Shown here in pieces: positions 47,747 to 59,578 of a stretch of DNA of 64,000 bases (its first letter is position 1; every line of letters starts with the position of its first letter). The notes below the pieces were generated by a model. That model worked only from the letters and a program-made list of their open reading frames with translations, had not been told where the DNA came from and ran no database searches. Origin of the DNA: Selaginella moellendorffii (taxonomy: Eukaryota; Plantae; Lycopodiophyta). The stretch covers positions 1,626,851 to 1,690,850 of the forward strand of contig NW_003314274.1 of NCBI RefSeq assembly GCF_000143415.4, in the 5' to 3' direction. Both the position numbers and the translations under genes were made by a program.

Positions 47747-47994
47747 GCAGTTCCAGCAGTAGGAACAAGAAAAGTGTTCTGGGAAATAGATCGAGTAGTT
47801 GTTCTGAGAATATCCTCCCCTTGTCCGGGTGACGTGGGGTTAGTTTAACTGTCGGAAGTGTTCTTACCGCCGCAGCATGGGAGGAGAGCATCAGTGTCCG
47901 AGCGGCAGCAGGGTAACAGGTTATCCAGCAACAGGAGTGAGCATGTCCTAGACTCGTGGAGCTTTGCTTGAGGTGGTGGGATGAAGTGAGACGG

Positions 47995-50051
47995 ATGTGG
48001 AAGGACTATTGCTCGCGTTTGAAGGAAAGAAGCACCGGTATGGGGGCGCTCAAGAACGACGACGTTCTCTACGACTACATTGCCAGAGCGGTACGTTTCT
48101 TATTTAACAAGCTTTCTTATGTTTTCACTCTCTTATGTTTCAGAATCCCAACATTTACTTCCAGCCTCGAGCAGCGAAGCAGATGAAAGTGCCGCAGCCA
48201 GTTTTGTTCCCCGGATATCTCTGCCCGCTTGCCACTGAAGAGTTTGAGGAGGAAGAACCCACGCCTTCGCAAACTCAAGTAATTTGGAGTCCTTTGTTCG
48301 ATGGCACTGAGCTCAAGCGCTTGGGTGGTGGGCTCAAAAGTGAGACGGCTCTTGTACCTGAGCTTCCAGCTGGTTGGAGAACGGCCGAACAAAAATTGCT
48401 GGAAATGGGAGCTAGAAACGGGGATTATCTGGGAAATACCGTTAGCAGCTGTTCTAGTAACTCGGAAGAGGAGCCGCCAACGGTTTGGACAAGCGCTCAG
48501 TGCTTGCTTCACATGAAGGATTTGACTGATCCGCAAAGTGGGATAGAACAGGAGCAAGCGCCTGGAATCGCTGAGAGCTTTTTAGAGTATAACAGCTGCG
48601 AACTAGGTGGGACAGACAAGCTTGACCACGTACCGGAGAACCTTCTCTTGGTCGACGATTACGAAGAGAAGCTCAAAAGCTATCACTCCGAAGTGAGTGT
48701 GGAAGAGAGCAGATATCAGACATGTAGTGGCGGGGATGGAAGCGTTTGCAGCGTTCTGAGTGCGGGTATCGGCCGTGGGAAGCTGAACAGCAGGGAGTCA
48801 TTCAGGGAGGACGTTCTTTTGAGCGAGATCAGTGGAGGGGAGCCGTCCGAGACGAGGTCGTGCTCCACCGCCAACGACGACAGCTCGAGCTCAGTTCGAG
48901 GAGCCACTACCGGGCGCTCCAAGCTCCTGACTCCGGACGGCACGAAACAGGTGAAGCACGGAGACAGGAAAGCTAGGCGGGGATATCCTTACACTAGTTT
49001 GAAGGAAGAGAAGGTGGCAAAGGAATTTGCACGGCCTCGAATTTGGAACAGCGGGGTTAACAGAGGACCGCTGCAGCAGAAAACGAGAAAGATGGTGGAG
49101 CAGACACCAGGGAGAGGCGCAGAGACGACAAACAAGGAACAAAACGCCAAGAATCACAACAAAACCAGCACCACTAGCAGCACCAGAAGGCCGCCCTGGT
49201 GCCTGCACAGCGTCAAGAGGAACCTCCACCACCAACATGGAACGCTGTCCGACCACGAAGTGACATCGGCAGGATCCACAACCAACGAAGAGGAGACCAG
49301 AGGAGCGGCGATGCTGGCGGATACCGGAGATCAGAACGCCGAATTGATATCGACTTTGGCGGAGATGAACAACCGGGAACTCAGGGTGCTGCAGTGCTCG
49401 GCTGCGATTATGCGTCACAACATCGGTGTTCTTCGTGACGACGTCAAGGTTTGCTCTCGCAAGAAGCTTAGATTTCTTTGACATGTTAAACATGCGAATA
49501 TGTGTGCTCCAGGGATTGCAAGGCTTCTTGGAAGGCAGAAAAGCCCGCTATTCGTGGTGGACGCTCTTCAAAGATTTTGTTGTTGCTGCTGGGCTCGTAT
49601 CCGGGGCATTTGGTTTACGTACTGTCATCGACATGCTCAAGAGGACAGTTCGATATGGTGAGATTTTGTTTTGGACATATAGTCGGTAGAGCGTAACATC
49701 TACCGTATTTTTTTCTTCTTTCAACTCCCTCTCACACTCTTTTCTTCCAGGTGCATTGAACAAGCTAACAAACAAGCAAGAGAAGATGGCCTTGGCAGCC
49801 TTCGTTCTCACGGTTGGAGCACGCTTCGGCAAGCAGATATGGCGAGAACAGGTACACATACTGTTTGGATCTCGTAGGATAGATCGTGTAGCTTATGGCT
49901 GGATCTTTTCCAGGGAAATGCCAGCTCCCGGCGCGAGATAAAGCTACGGGAGCAACTGTCCAGGATTAACGAGAGGGTGTCTCTCATGTCGGACCTGGCT
50001 ACCAGCGATCGCCAGCAAACAGTCGCCGCGGCCGCAGCAGAATCCGAGTGA
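47995..50051 (+). CDS. Uncharacterised protein: disordered middle, coiled coil, hydrophobic C-terminal segments; about 5 exons
   Basis: ATG 47995, intron 48091-48143, a large open exon to 49448, then short exons with FVVAAGLVSGAFGL and MALAAFVLTVGA. TGA at 50049-50051. No family recognised and start uncertain. Confidence 0.6.
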
Positions 50052-50449
50052 GAAGGAAATCTTCTCAAAGCAGATCCATCCGCGACCGCCAAGTCTTCCA
50101 ACAAACAAGGACGGCGATGCGGTTTCTTTGAGATACAAGATACAAGTTGGTGGAGGTTTGAAAGGCAAGAGCTTCCCGAGTTTGTGATCGATTATTCTTC
50201 TCTACTGTCTGTGTGATGGAGGATCACAATGCCACCACAGATCATGGGTTTGACGATGTTGGTCCTCGTCAAAAGTACGTGCCGATGAACAGATATTTTG
50301 CATCCATGATTCTGGTCTGTTAATTCTCTTGACTAACAAAGCACCAGATTCATTGAACAAGCTAAGACGCTTGAGGCAAAGCAGATATGTACACGCAGTC
50401 AGCAAGTCGCCTCTAGATCTCAACAGTCTTTCGAGTGGCGCCGTGTTAA

Positions 50450-50531
50450 GCAAGGATTGTCAGATAGAAACAGAGTGGAACGAACCAAACAGTTGGGTCG
50501 TCCCTCCCCGTCCTCCAATGATCAACCTTAC
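50450..50531 (-). ncRNA. Candidate pre-miRNA-like hairpin
   Basis: Minus-strand 82-nt stem-loop. Arms TTGGAGGACGGGGAGGGACGA and TCGTTCCACTCTGTTTCTATC pair with one internal mismatch, one bulge and several G-U pairs. Basal stem GTAAGGTTG/CAATCCTTGC. Lies in an ORF-free region. Confidence 0.45.
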
Positions 50532-52466
50532 ATTCCATCGCTAGAAAAGCTGTAAAATAAAAGAGATAAGAAAGGGGATCTTGAGCCTCATCAACGAAGC
50601 CAACTTGGTCCACTATGGATACAAAATCTCCACGATTCTGGTACACGCACTCTCTCTCTCTCTCTCTCTGGGCGCTGCGGTGACTATAAAAATGTCTATC
50701 TATCTATCCCTCTCGAAAAAAACTGAGCAAAACCTGAAAAACGAGGCAGAAAACAAAGAAACATCACCATTATAACGACCGCGTCTCCCAAGAAGCAAGA
50801 ACGACGATGATCATCAGGATTCAGGAACCCATTCATTTTCCCTTCTTTCTCTCATTTCCCTCCTTTTCGCCTTTAAAATATTCATCCTCATCATCCTGTA
50901 GGCCCTCCTCTATGTCTCTTTCAGCTGCGCTAGTGCGAGGTTGACAACCCAACTGGGACAAATCACAGAGCAGGGAAGAAGATCGCAGCAAAAAAGCCTA
51001 AAAAAACATTACAAATTTCCGATTCAAAAGAAAAGAGCATTCGAGTCGAGATCTCAAATCAACCGGCCAGGGAGAGCAGCAAGCAAGCCTGCTGTCTCTG
51101 ATTCCTGCAAAAGCTGTGGATCCAATCCAATCACCGCAACAACAGCTAGAGTTGTAGAACACCACTTTCTTTAACCCTTTCTCTAAAACCCCTTTAAAAC
51201 CCTTCTTATCAAAGAAGAGCACTTTTGGCTCGCGTGGTTTCAGCAGCTGGGAAGCCCAAGAAAGGCATCAACAAATCCTCCTCTTCACTTTTCAGTACAG
51301 GCCCATTTTTTTTAGGAATGACAACAGAGCATGCCTCTGAACGGCAATGATGATCCACCACCTTCTTTCCCCTTTCGCTGTAGTTGCTTTTCGATAACTT
51401 GATTAGATTCAAATCACAAGGAGGCGGGGAAAAGATTCCTGGGTGAAAATGGATAAAAGGTGGCGGACTATATTTAGGGCTTGTTCATGCATGCGTTGTC
51501 TTGCTTCCGTCACCTTGAGCGTAGCTGCCTAGCGAGAGATATTTCTTGGACGCGCGGTCAAGCCGGTCCACCTACACGACCGAATTGGGAGGTGCGGAGC
51601 GTGAATGGGCAATGAATGTAGGATCATCGCTTCGTTTCGCATCGTCCCACAAGAACCATAGAAAGAAACGAGGAGCTACGTACGCTCCTTGTAGGGTGGC
51701 AAGTAGTAAATTCCCGACCCGCAAGTACTTATATACTTGCTCAGCTGCTACTCTATAGATACTAACTCGCGCGCCCCTCTGCGCCTTGATGGAGATGAGC
51801 GTAGATTCCACTCGATTCGCCACAGATACCCCCGCTGGAATCATATATCATCACGCGCTATGCTACATTCATTCAATGCGTAGACCCAGACAGGCAGACA
51901 AAGAAACAAGGCGAAGACACAGGGAGAGAAATAATCGTTCATACATACGATCAGAGGAGCAAATCTTTACGTTCCGAGAGAAAACTTTCGCAGCCAAGAG
52001 AGATTATCTCTGCAAAGCTCCTGGAACACAAAATCTAAGAAAGGAAAAAAGAGTACTTACTGACTGATGGATGAGGAGGTGGTGCTTTCCCTGGCAAAAG
52101 CTTTGTGTATGTACACAGCAAACAATCTTCCTTCCCCAAAAGGCTCGTCGATTGTCTCGCCATAGCTTGAACAGCTCGCCTCTGTTTCTTCGCGGCTAAC
52201 TCGCCCGTGTTATTCGATTCGATTCGTCGTGACTCGAGCCGCTCCAGAGAGAATTGCTGCTGTCGATGCTGCTGCTTCTGGCTTTGCTGTAAGATGATGA
52301 TAGTGAAGCTGTCGATGGTAACTTTCGATGGCTACAAAACTGGTACGAGTTGGAAAGAGAACCTTTGTCTCAAGCTTTCACGGGCGCTGTCGAGTTTCTG
52401 TCAGATCTCGTCCACCATGCTTGAAGTAGAAACGAGAAAACCGGGCCCTGATGGTGGATATATAAG

Positions 52467-55400
52467 TTAGAGCGGGATCAAGGGCGCCTGATCCCTGCGC
52501 TGCCGCTGCCGCTCCTCATGATCCTGATCCTCCCACTGCTGCTGGGATTCCACTGGAGCCTTGATGGACGAGTCCTTGAAGCTCCCACTCTTGCTGCTCT
52601 TGGGCAGGCCCCTCACGTCAACGAGCATCTGGACGACGTCTCGCATCGTTGGCCTGTCGGATGGATACTCCTCGCAGCAGATGAGAGCCACCCCGACAAG
52701 GCTCGTCACCTCGTGCACTGGCAGCTGCGAGCTCCGCAGCGTTGAGTCAACGATGCTCAGCACGCCATCCTTGGCCTCGTCCATCACCTTCTTAACCCAC
52801 TTGACAATGCCCAGGCCGCTGTCACGGAACTCCTGCTCTGTCGGCTTGCGGCCGGTGATGAGCTCCAGCAGCACCACGCCGAAGGAGAAGATGTCCGCCT
52901 TCTCGCTCACCTTGAGCGTGTATGCATACTCTAAGCAAAACCAAAGAACACGATCAACATAAACAACAGAAAGAAGCGAAGGAAACTAACGCACTTACCA
53001 GGAGCAATGTAGCCATACGAGCCGGCAATCGACGACATGGACTCGCACTTCCCGGCCGAGGACGCCTGGAAGAACTTCGCCAGCCCGAAATCCGCGACGT
53101 GAGCCTCAAACCCGGAGTCGAGCAAGATGTTGTTCGACTTGACGTCCCTGTGGACGATGAGCGGCGAGCAGTCGTGGTGGAGGTAGCAAAGCCCGAAAGC
53201 CGACTGCACAGCAATGTTGTACCGCGTCGTCCAGTCCAGCAAGTTCCTCTTCTTGCTGTGAAGGAGCTCCCCCAAGCTCCCGTTTGGCATGTACTCGTAA
53301 ACCAGCAAGTTGGTTTCCTCGTTGGAGCAGCATCCCAGCAGCTTGACGATGTTCCGGTGCCGGATCTTCCCGAGCGTCTGGATTTCTGCCGAGAAGCCGT
53401 GATCGTGAGAGCCACTGCCTGTCTCATCCGAGGTGGCCTTACACAGCCTCTTCACAGCCACCACCTCTCCATTCGGCATCTCGGCACGATAAACGGTCCC
53501 CGACCCGCCCCGACCAATGATGTTGTCCTCGATGAGCGAGTCGAGGACGTGCACGGCATCGAATTCCAGCCGCTGGAACGCCGTCAGCTTCCACCGCCGC
53601 CCCGTCGACTCCCGCCTTTGGCAAATGCTCAAGCACTCGATCTGTTCCCCGCCGTTGCCACGGACAAAGCACACCACCCCGACGATGAGGAAGAGCATTG
53701 CCGCGGAGAAGATGGACGCCACCACTGCCTTCCACAGCCGGGCTCTGGCGTGGCTGAGAGCCACGCCATCCCCATCCTGAGACGAGGAAGGATCTCCTCC
53801 TCCACACTTGAGCGACGCGCACAGCCCCGGGTTGCCGACGAAGGAACTCATGTTGAGCGATCCAAAGTGACCATCGCTGGGGACTGTCCCGGAGAAATCG
53901 TTGTATGAGAAGTCCGCCGATGTCAAGCTCTCCTGCCCGAGTATCTGCGGCGGAATGCCTCCGCTGAGACGATTTCTGGAGACGTTAAGCAGCTCCAACA
54001 CCTCCATCGATCCCAACTCCGCGGGAATGGGACCCGTGAGGCGATTGTCACTCACATCGAGATAGTTGAGCTTGCTGCATTGCGCGAGCTCGGCTGGAAT
54101 CGCCCCGGAGAGACGGTTGCTGTGGAGATCGAGGTGGAGGAGATGCGAGAGCTGCCCAAGCTCCACGGGGATGCCACCCACGAACCGGTTGCTGTGGAGG
54201 AAGAGCTTCTGGAGACTGGGAAGCCGCGCCACCCCGGCAGGAATGGATCCCTGGAGTTCGTTCTGGGAGAGATCGAGGAAGTCGAGCAGCGGCGCGTCCA
54301 CGATCGCGGGGATCATGCCCGTCAGCCGGTTGTCCAGGAGTTCCAGCATCTCTAGCATCTTTAGTCCCAGCAGCCCCTCCGGTATCGGCCCAGTGAGATG
54401 GTTCCCTGCTAGTCTTACCTTGATCAAGCTCTTGCAGTGGCCCAGCGCCGGCGGGATGGTTCCAGTGATCCCATTCTCGATCAGCACCAGCACCTCGAGC
54501 TGCCCACCTTTGCAAAGATTTGGAGGCAGCGGCCCCGTCAGAGGATTCGACGAGACGTCCAGCTCCGTGAGGTTCATGTTCTCGCCGAGGCGCTGAGGGA
54601 GCTCACCGGTGAAGTTGTTCGTCCATAGCAGCAGAGCTTGCAAGTTGGGAAGATCGGCGACGAAGGCCGGGATCTCCCCCGACAGCCCATTGAGGAACAA
54701 GCTCAGGAGCTCCAAATTCTGGAGCTTGCGCAGCTCGATCGGTATCGCTCCAGTGAGATTGTTGTTCGAGAGATCCAGCGACTTCAAGTTGACGAGATCC
54801 CCGAGCTGGGGAGGGATCGGACCGCTGAGATGGTTTATCTGGAGGAAGAGCGAGTCCAAGTTGGAGAGATTCCCGAGCTCCGCCGGGATCACGCCCTCGA
54901 GGCCGCAGCTAGCAATGTCGAGCTTCTGGAGATTGAGAAGCCGGCCCAGCTCGGGAGGGATTCCTCCGGTGAAGTGATTGAAGTAGCCGAGGTAGAGCTC
55001 CTCGAGGCCGACGAGGTAGCCGAGCTCGGGAGGGATCGGGCCAACAAGGCAGTTGCCGCACAGCGCCAGGTAGCTCAAGCTCGTCATGTTGCCATAGCTG
55101 GGAGGGATCTCTCCCTCGAAGTAGCTCCCGCCCAGGTGAAGGTGGCGGAGATTGGGCAGCCGCGAGAGCTCGATCGGCAGAGGCCCGGAGAAATTGTTGT
55201 TGTAAGCATCCAGTACCTCGAGGAGCTGGAGATTAGAGAAGCGCCCCGGGAAATCCCCCGTGAAGGCGTTGTGGGAGACGTTGAGGAAGTGGAGGTCGTG
55301 CAGCGTGGCGAGCTCACCCGGGAGATTCCCTGTGAAGTTATTGACATCTAGCGTGAGATTGATGAGCTCGGTGAGGCGGCCGATGGAGGAAGAGACGATG

Positions 55401-55639
55401 CCGGAGAGATTCTTGTTGGAGAGGTCGAGCGCCACGACGCGGGAGAGGCGATCGTCGCAGGTGATGCCCGTCCACAGGCACGGCGTGTCGTCGGTCTCGG
55501 TCCAGTCGTCGAGGCTGCCGGAGCTGTCGATCATCGACGCCTTGAGCGCCAGGAGCGCGGATTTATCCTGGAATCCGCGCGCGGCGCTCGGCGATGCAGC
55601 AAGCAGCAACAAGATCGACAGCGCGACGCTCCAATCCAT
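52467..55639 (-). CDS. BAM/CLAVATA1-clade LRR receptor kinase; join(52999..55639,52467..52930)
   Basis: Signal peptide [33 protein letters not shown] and [15 protein letters not shown] LRRs, [66 protein letters not shown]|EY. Confidence 0.95.
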
Positions 55640-56978
55640 CGAAATCCGGGCGCTAGACAGCAAAAAGAATCTACCTCTCGCTGGATGGAGGGAGAAGAGA
55701 AAGATCAAGAAGGCGCCATTCCTCACGCCCGATCGCCATTCCCAAGCTCGCTCTCTCAAGATCGGGAAAGGGAGAAAGAAGAGAGAATGCGCGAACGCGT
55801 CTCGATCGATCGGGCCCTGGCGCGATCGATGACACGAGCACGAGAGCGCCGTGAGCTCGCGGCAGGCAAGAATCCAAAAACCCTATAGAAACCCTTGGAA
55901 TGACCCTGGGCGTGTCGTCTCGCTCGCTGACCTGACCAAAAACCGAAGAGCGCGCCGTACTTAACGGAGCTGTCAAGCAAACCGACTGTACGCTCGATTC
56001 GTACGGAAGTCAATATCTTAATCGAATATTCTTCCTCGTCACTCAACAAATGATGCCTAGAGATTCGACCAGAGATTTCTAGGGTTCGTGTGAAACCTCG
56101 CAAACAAGGTCGGTGTCTCGATCGAGAGTTTGGGATTTTGATTGATAGAAGATGTGGGGGAAAGAATAGGAAAATGCGATGTGGTGCGAGAATTAAATGG
56201 TGTGATTGATGCTACTACTACTACCGGCGATCATTTCTGCCCTGCCTCGGAAAAAACAGGCGTTTGTTAGCGCCGGGCGAGTGTAACCGCGGCCCGTTAA
56301 TTCCAAGAAGCGTCGCAGGAATTAAACACCAGTTTAGGTTTAGTCCCGCGGGGTTAACGGCCTGCTGACGGCTGCCCTAGCGCCACGTGAGCGTTTTTCC
56401 CGTACATGTCATAGGTGGCTAGACATTCCATGGTGTCAGGGGCATGAGATGACATGACGTGCCAGAGAGAGTGCGCGAGCGTGAGCGCCAAAATACCCTT
56501 CTCTTTTTTTAATTCCTTTTAAGGGGGGCTTTTGCACGGAGCATTTGGCTGGCTGGAATCGAAACCGGGGAGAGCTGGCCAGTGCCGGGCTCTAGACACA
56601 AGGCTCTCAATCTCCACGAAAACTATACAAAACGCCTGCCCTACACACAACCAAAGGTGGCGATAAGAGAAATTTAATCTTCCCAGCGTTGGACGGGATG
56701 AAAGCTGATATGGTTTGTATAAACCATGAGAAAGCATTCCAAAAACAAGGTGGGCCACATTGTTTGAGTGACGTTGCTATTATAGTTTTGTCCTGACCGA
56801 GAATATAAGTGATGTTATTGTCAAACTATGCCCAGATCATTGTCCCCTGCGAGAAGCCCAGCTTCATTCATTAGGTTTCGAATTCCGTGATTATGCGCTG
56901 GTATATTCCTGCCACGCGTCATACCACGTGGCAGAGGGATTAGGGCTAGGGATCCCCTGTTTTTTACACGAAAGATTT

Positions 56979-57420
56979 TTAGCTTCTCTTCACTGGATCG
57001 AATGTAGCCACGCCCAGCACCGCCACGACGAGCGCGCCGAGAACTCCGAATCCTGCCGCCACGCTCAGCAGCAAATTCTTGAGCGATGGCGTGATCGCGG
57101 CCTCGGCAAACTCTGGAATCACCGCGCTCGCCGCCAGCGCCAGCGCCGTTAGCTGAGCCACGGGAATGCTTCCTTGCTCTTCCCTATCGCTCTTCTTGGC
57201 GCTGAAAGACCAAATTCGAACAAGAGGAACACGAATTTCGGTCTAGAATCGATATAGAATCCCTCCCTTACCTCATCACAACACGGCTCCGCGACGATGC
57301 GACGATCTTCCTCCCCGAACTCCTCGCCGGGGCCAATGCCAACCCCTGCCGCGCCAATCCATCGCATTGCGGCAATGCTGCCACATTCAAGGAGCTCAAG
57401 CTCATCATCGCTGCTGCCAT
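56979..57420 (-). CDS. PSBX: Photosystem II subunit X (nuclear-encoded, bipartite transit peptide); intron 57202-57271
   Basis: AEA thylakoid cleavage motif followed by AITPSLKNLLLSVAAG...VATFDPVKRS, the typical PsbX C-terminus. Confidence 0.93.
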
Positions 57421-57507
57421 GGATTGTGGCTGCTTGGCTCCTCTAGGAATTAGGGATTGTTTCACAAGACCTAGAGCTATGGAAGCCTGTCCCCAGCCAA
57501 CGAGAGA

Positions 57508-57572
57508 TCTCCACGTCAGCACACAAGATAAGGTGCCCGAGCCAACCACACGCATATGATAAGCAGATAAAT
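57508..57572. promoter_or_regulatory. Putative light-responsive elements upstream of PsbX (ACGT box and two I-box GATAAG)
   Basis: ccacgtca at about 57511 and gataag at about 57527 and 57558, within about 150 nt of the PsbX ATG. Confidence 0.45.
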
Positions 57573-57616
57573 GGCGCCGCGCGCTCTTTCAAACATTTCA
57601 ACGGCCAGGATGCGTT

Positions 57617-59446
57617 CTAGTTGTACACCATGTATTTTGGAGTAGCGCTAAACTTTTGGTAGCCTTTGATCACTTTGTTCACGGCCTCGAGGAAATCTTT
57701 CTCCGTCACTGTTTTCCTGCGAGCTCGGATCGCGTACATGCCGGCTTCAGTGCAAACGCTCCTGATATCAGCGCCTAAAGATTCAAGCAAACCAAAGCGT
57801 GGTTACCGAGAGAGGAGAGAAAACCATCTACCGTATAAGCACGAGAACTTACCGGTCGAGTTTGGGCATAAGCGAGCTAGCAACTCGAATCGGATGTCGC
57901 GCTCGCAGTTCATGGTTCTGGTGTGGATCTTGAAGATCTGAGTTCTGCTGTCGAGGTCTGGGAGTCCGAACTCCACCTTGCGATCGAGGCGTCCGGGACG
58001 GAGGAGTGCCGGGTCCAGAGTGTCAGGCCTGTTTGGAGTAATGTAAGTTTGATTGGAAAAGACTTAGATGAAGTCGGCAGTACCTGTTCGTGGCCATCAA
58101 AACTTTAATGTTCCCACGAGCATCAAAACCATCCAGCTGATTGACAATCTCGAGCATCGTCCTTTGCACTTCGTTGTCGCCACCAATGCCGTCGTCGAAT
58201 CTGGCACCACCAATGGCATCGACTTCGTCAAAGAAAACAATGCAAGCTTTCTTTGATCGGGCCATCTGAAAGAAAAAGAGAAAGGGAAAAAAAAAACTTT
58301 TAAGACCACTGCCAGGAATAAACACAGAATGTAACATACCTGGAATAACTCGCGCACCATTCGAGCTCCTTCACCAACGTACTTCTGGACGAGCTCGCTG
58401 CCAATAACTCGAATGAAGCAGGCATCTGTACGATTGGCCACTGCACGAGCGAGTAGCGTTTTCCCAGTTCCCGGAGGGCCGTAGCAAAGAACTCCTTTGG
58501 GAGGATCGATTCCAAGCTTGATAAACTTTTCAGGGTGGAGCATAGGAAGCTCTACAACCTATATGCGTAAAAGTTAAGATCGTCGACGAGAAAACCAAAT
58601 GTAAAATGGTGTAGTTACCTCCCGCATTTTCTCGATTTGCTCCTTGCAACCGCCGATGTCATTGTAAGTTACATCGGGCTTCTCCTCCACCGTCATCATA
58701 GTGACGCTCGGATCAATCTTAGGGGGCAAAGGTATTTGGATCTGATATTTGTTCCTATCAACACTGTAATAGAACACACAGAAATGTCATTTACATCGAG
58801 AACATAAGAAAAAAACCATACCCGACGCGCATTCCCTCCTCGATATCTGTGGGAGACACCTTATCTCCAAGACCCACGACAAACTATCACCAAAGAGATT
58901 GTGAGAATCCTACTCTTGAATCGAAAAAGTTATATACTTTTGCTATTTGTTTCACGTTGATCACGTACTTTGAATCGTCCGCGCCTGGATTGATGATCTT
59001 GGTGCAACGAGCAACCTACCAAAACCAAAACATGAGAAAAGCAATAGATCGAAGAAAAAAATCTCCCTTACTTGCAGTGGCTGCTCTTCTTGCATCATTT
59101 GCTTATCAGACACCAGATCCCACTGGCTAGGAGCTGCTAGACCAGTGTCGGACTCCTTGATCCCTGGAAAAGCACGCTCAAAAAAGCCCAGCAAGATCGC
59201 AACGCACCGCATAGATCGTTCACTTTTTTCGCGAGTTCCTTGATCTCCTTCTCGACCTTTTTCGTGGAGGTAGCGTAGGGGCCAAGACCCTAGAAACGCA
59301 GCGCAAATCACACACAAGAACGAGCTAGAAACGAAAAAAGCCACGAATCTTACATAAGTCTTGAGCAGCGCGATGTCGTCCTCGTCGAGCGGCGGGGGAT
59401 TCTTTTCCTTGAGGATATCATCGTCGATGTCTGCCGCTGGCGCCAT
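57617..59446 (-). CDS. RPT1: 26S proteasome AAA-ATPase subunit RPT1 (PSMC2); multi-exon
   Basis: [44 protein letters not shown], Walker A GPPGTGKT, Walker [20 protein letters not shown]-terminus KYMVYN*. Confidence 0.97.
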
Positions 59447-59578
59447 GGCGTGAAGAGAAGAGAAGAACCCTAAAACATAGAAAAGCCCTAAAAGTTCTTT
59501 GGCACTAGAGCTCTTTTATTTTTCGATCCTCTTTAATTTTACAAAAGAAGGTTCCTCTTATTCATTTACTTTGTCGTG

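Noticed and set aside
50860-51174. Signal-peptide-like stretch and GSNP motif suggesting a CLE peptide near the BAM receptor
   Set aside because: In-frame TAG inside the hydrophobic stretch, no in-frame ATG, and no real CLE dodecapeptide.
51170-51205. AACCC-like repeats as a telomerase RNA template or telomeric repeat
   Set aside because: No exact CTAAACCCT-type template, no USE/TATA Pol III promoter seen, and the repeats are degenerate.
52922-55351. Plus-strand ORFs antisense to the BAM-like kinase (also 31001-31882 over the chitinase)
   Set aside because: Shadow ORFs of GC-rich coding sequence.
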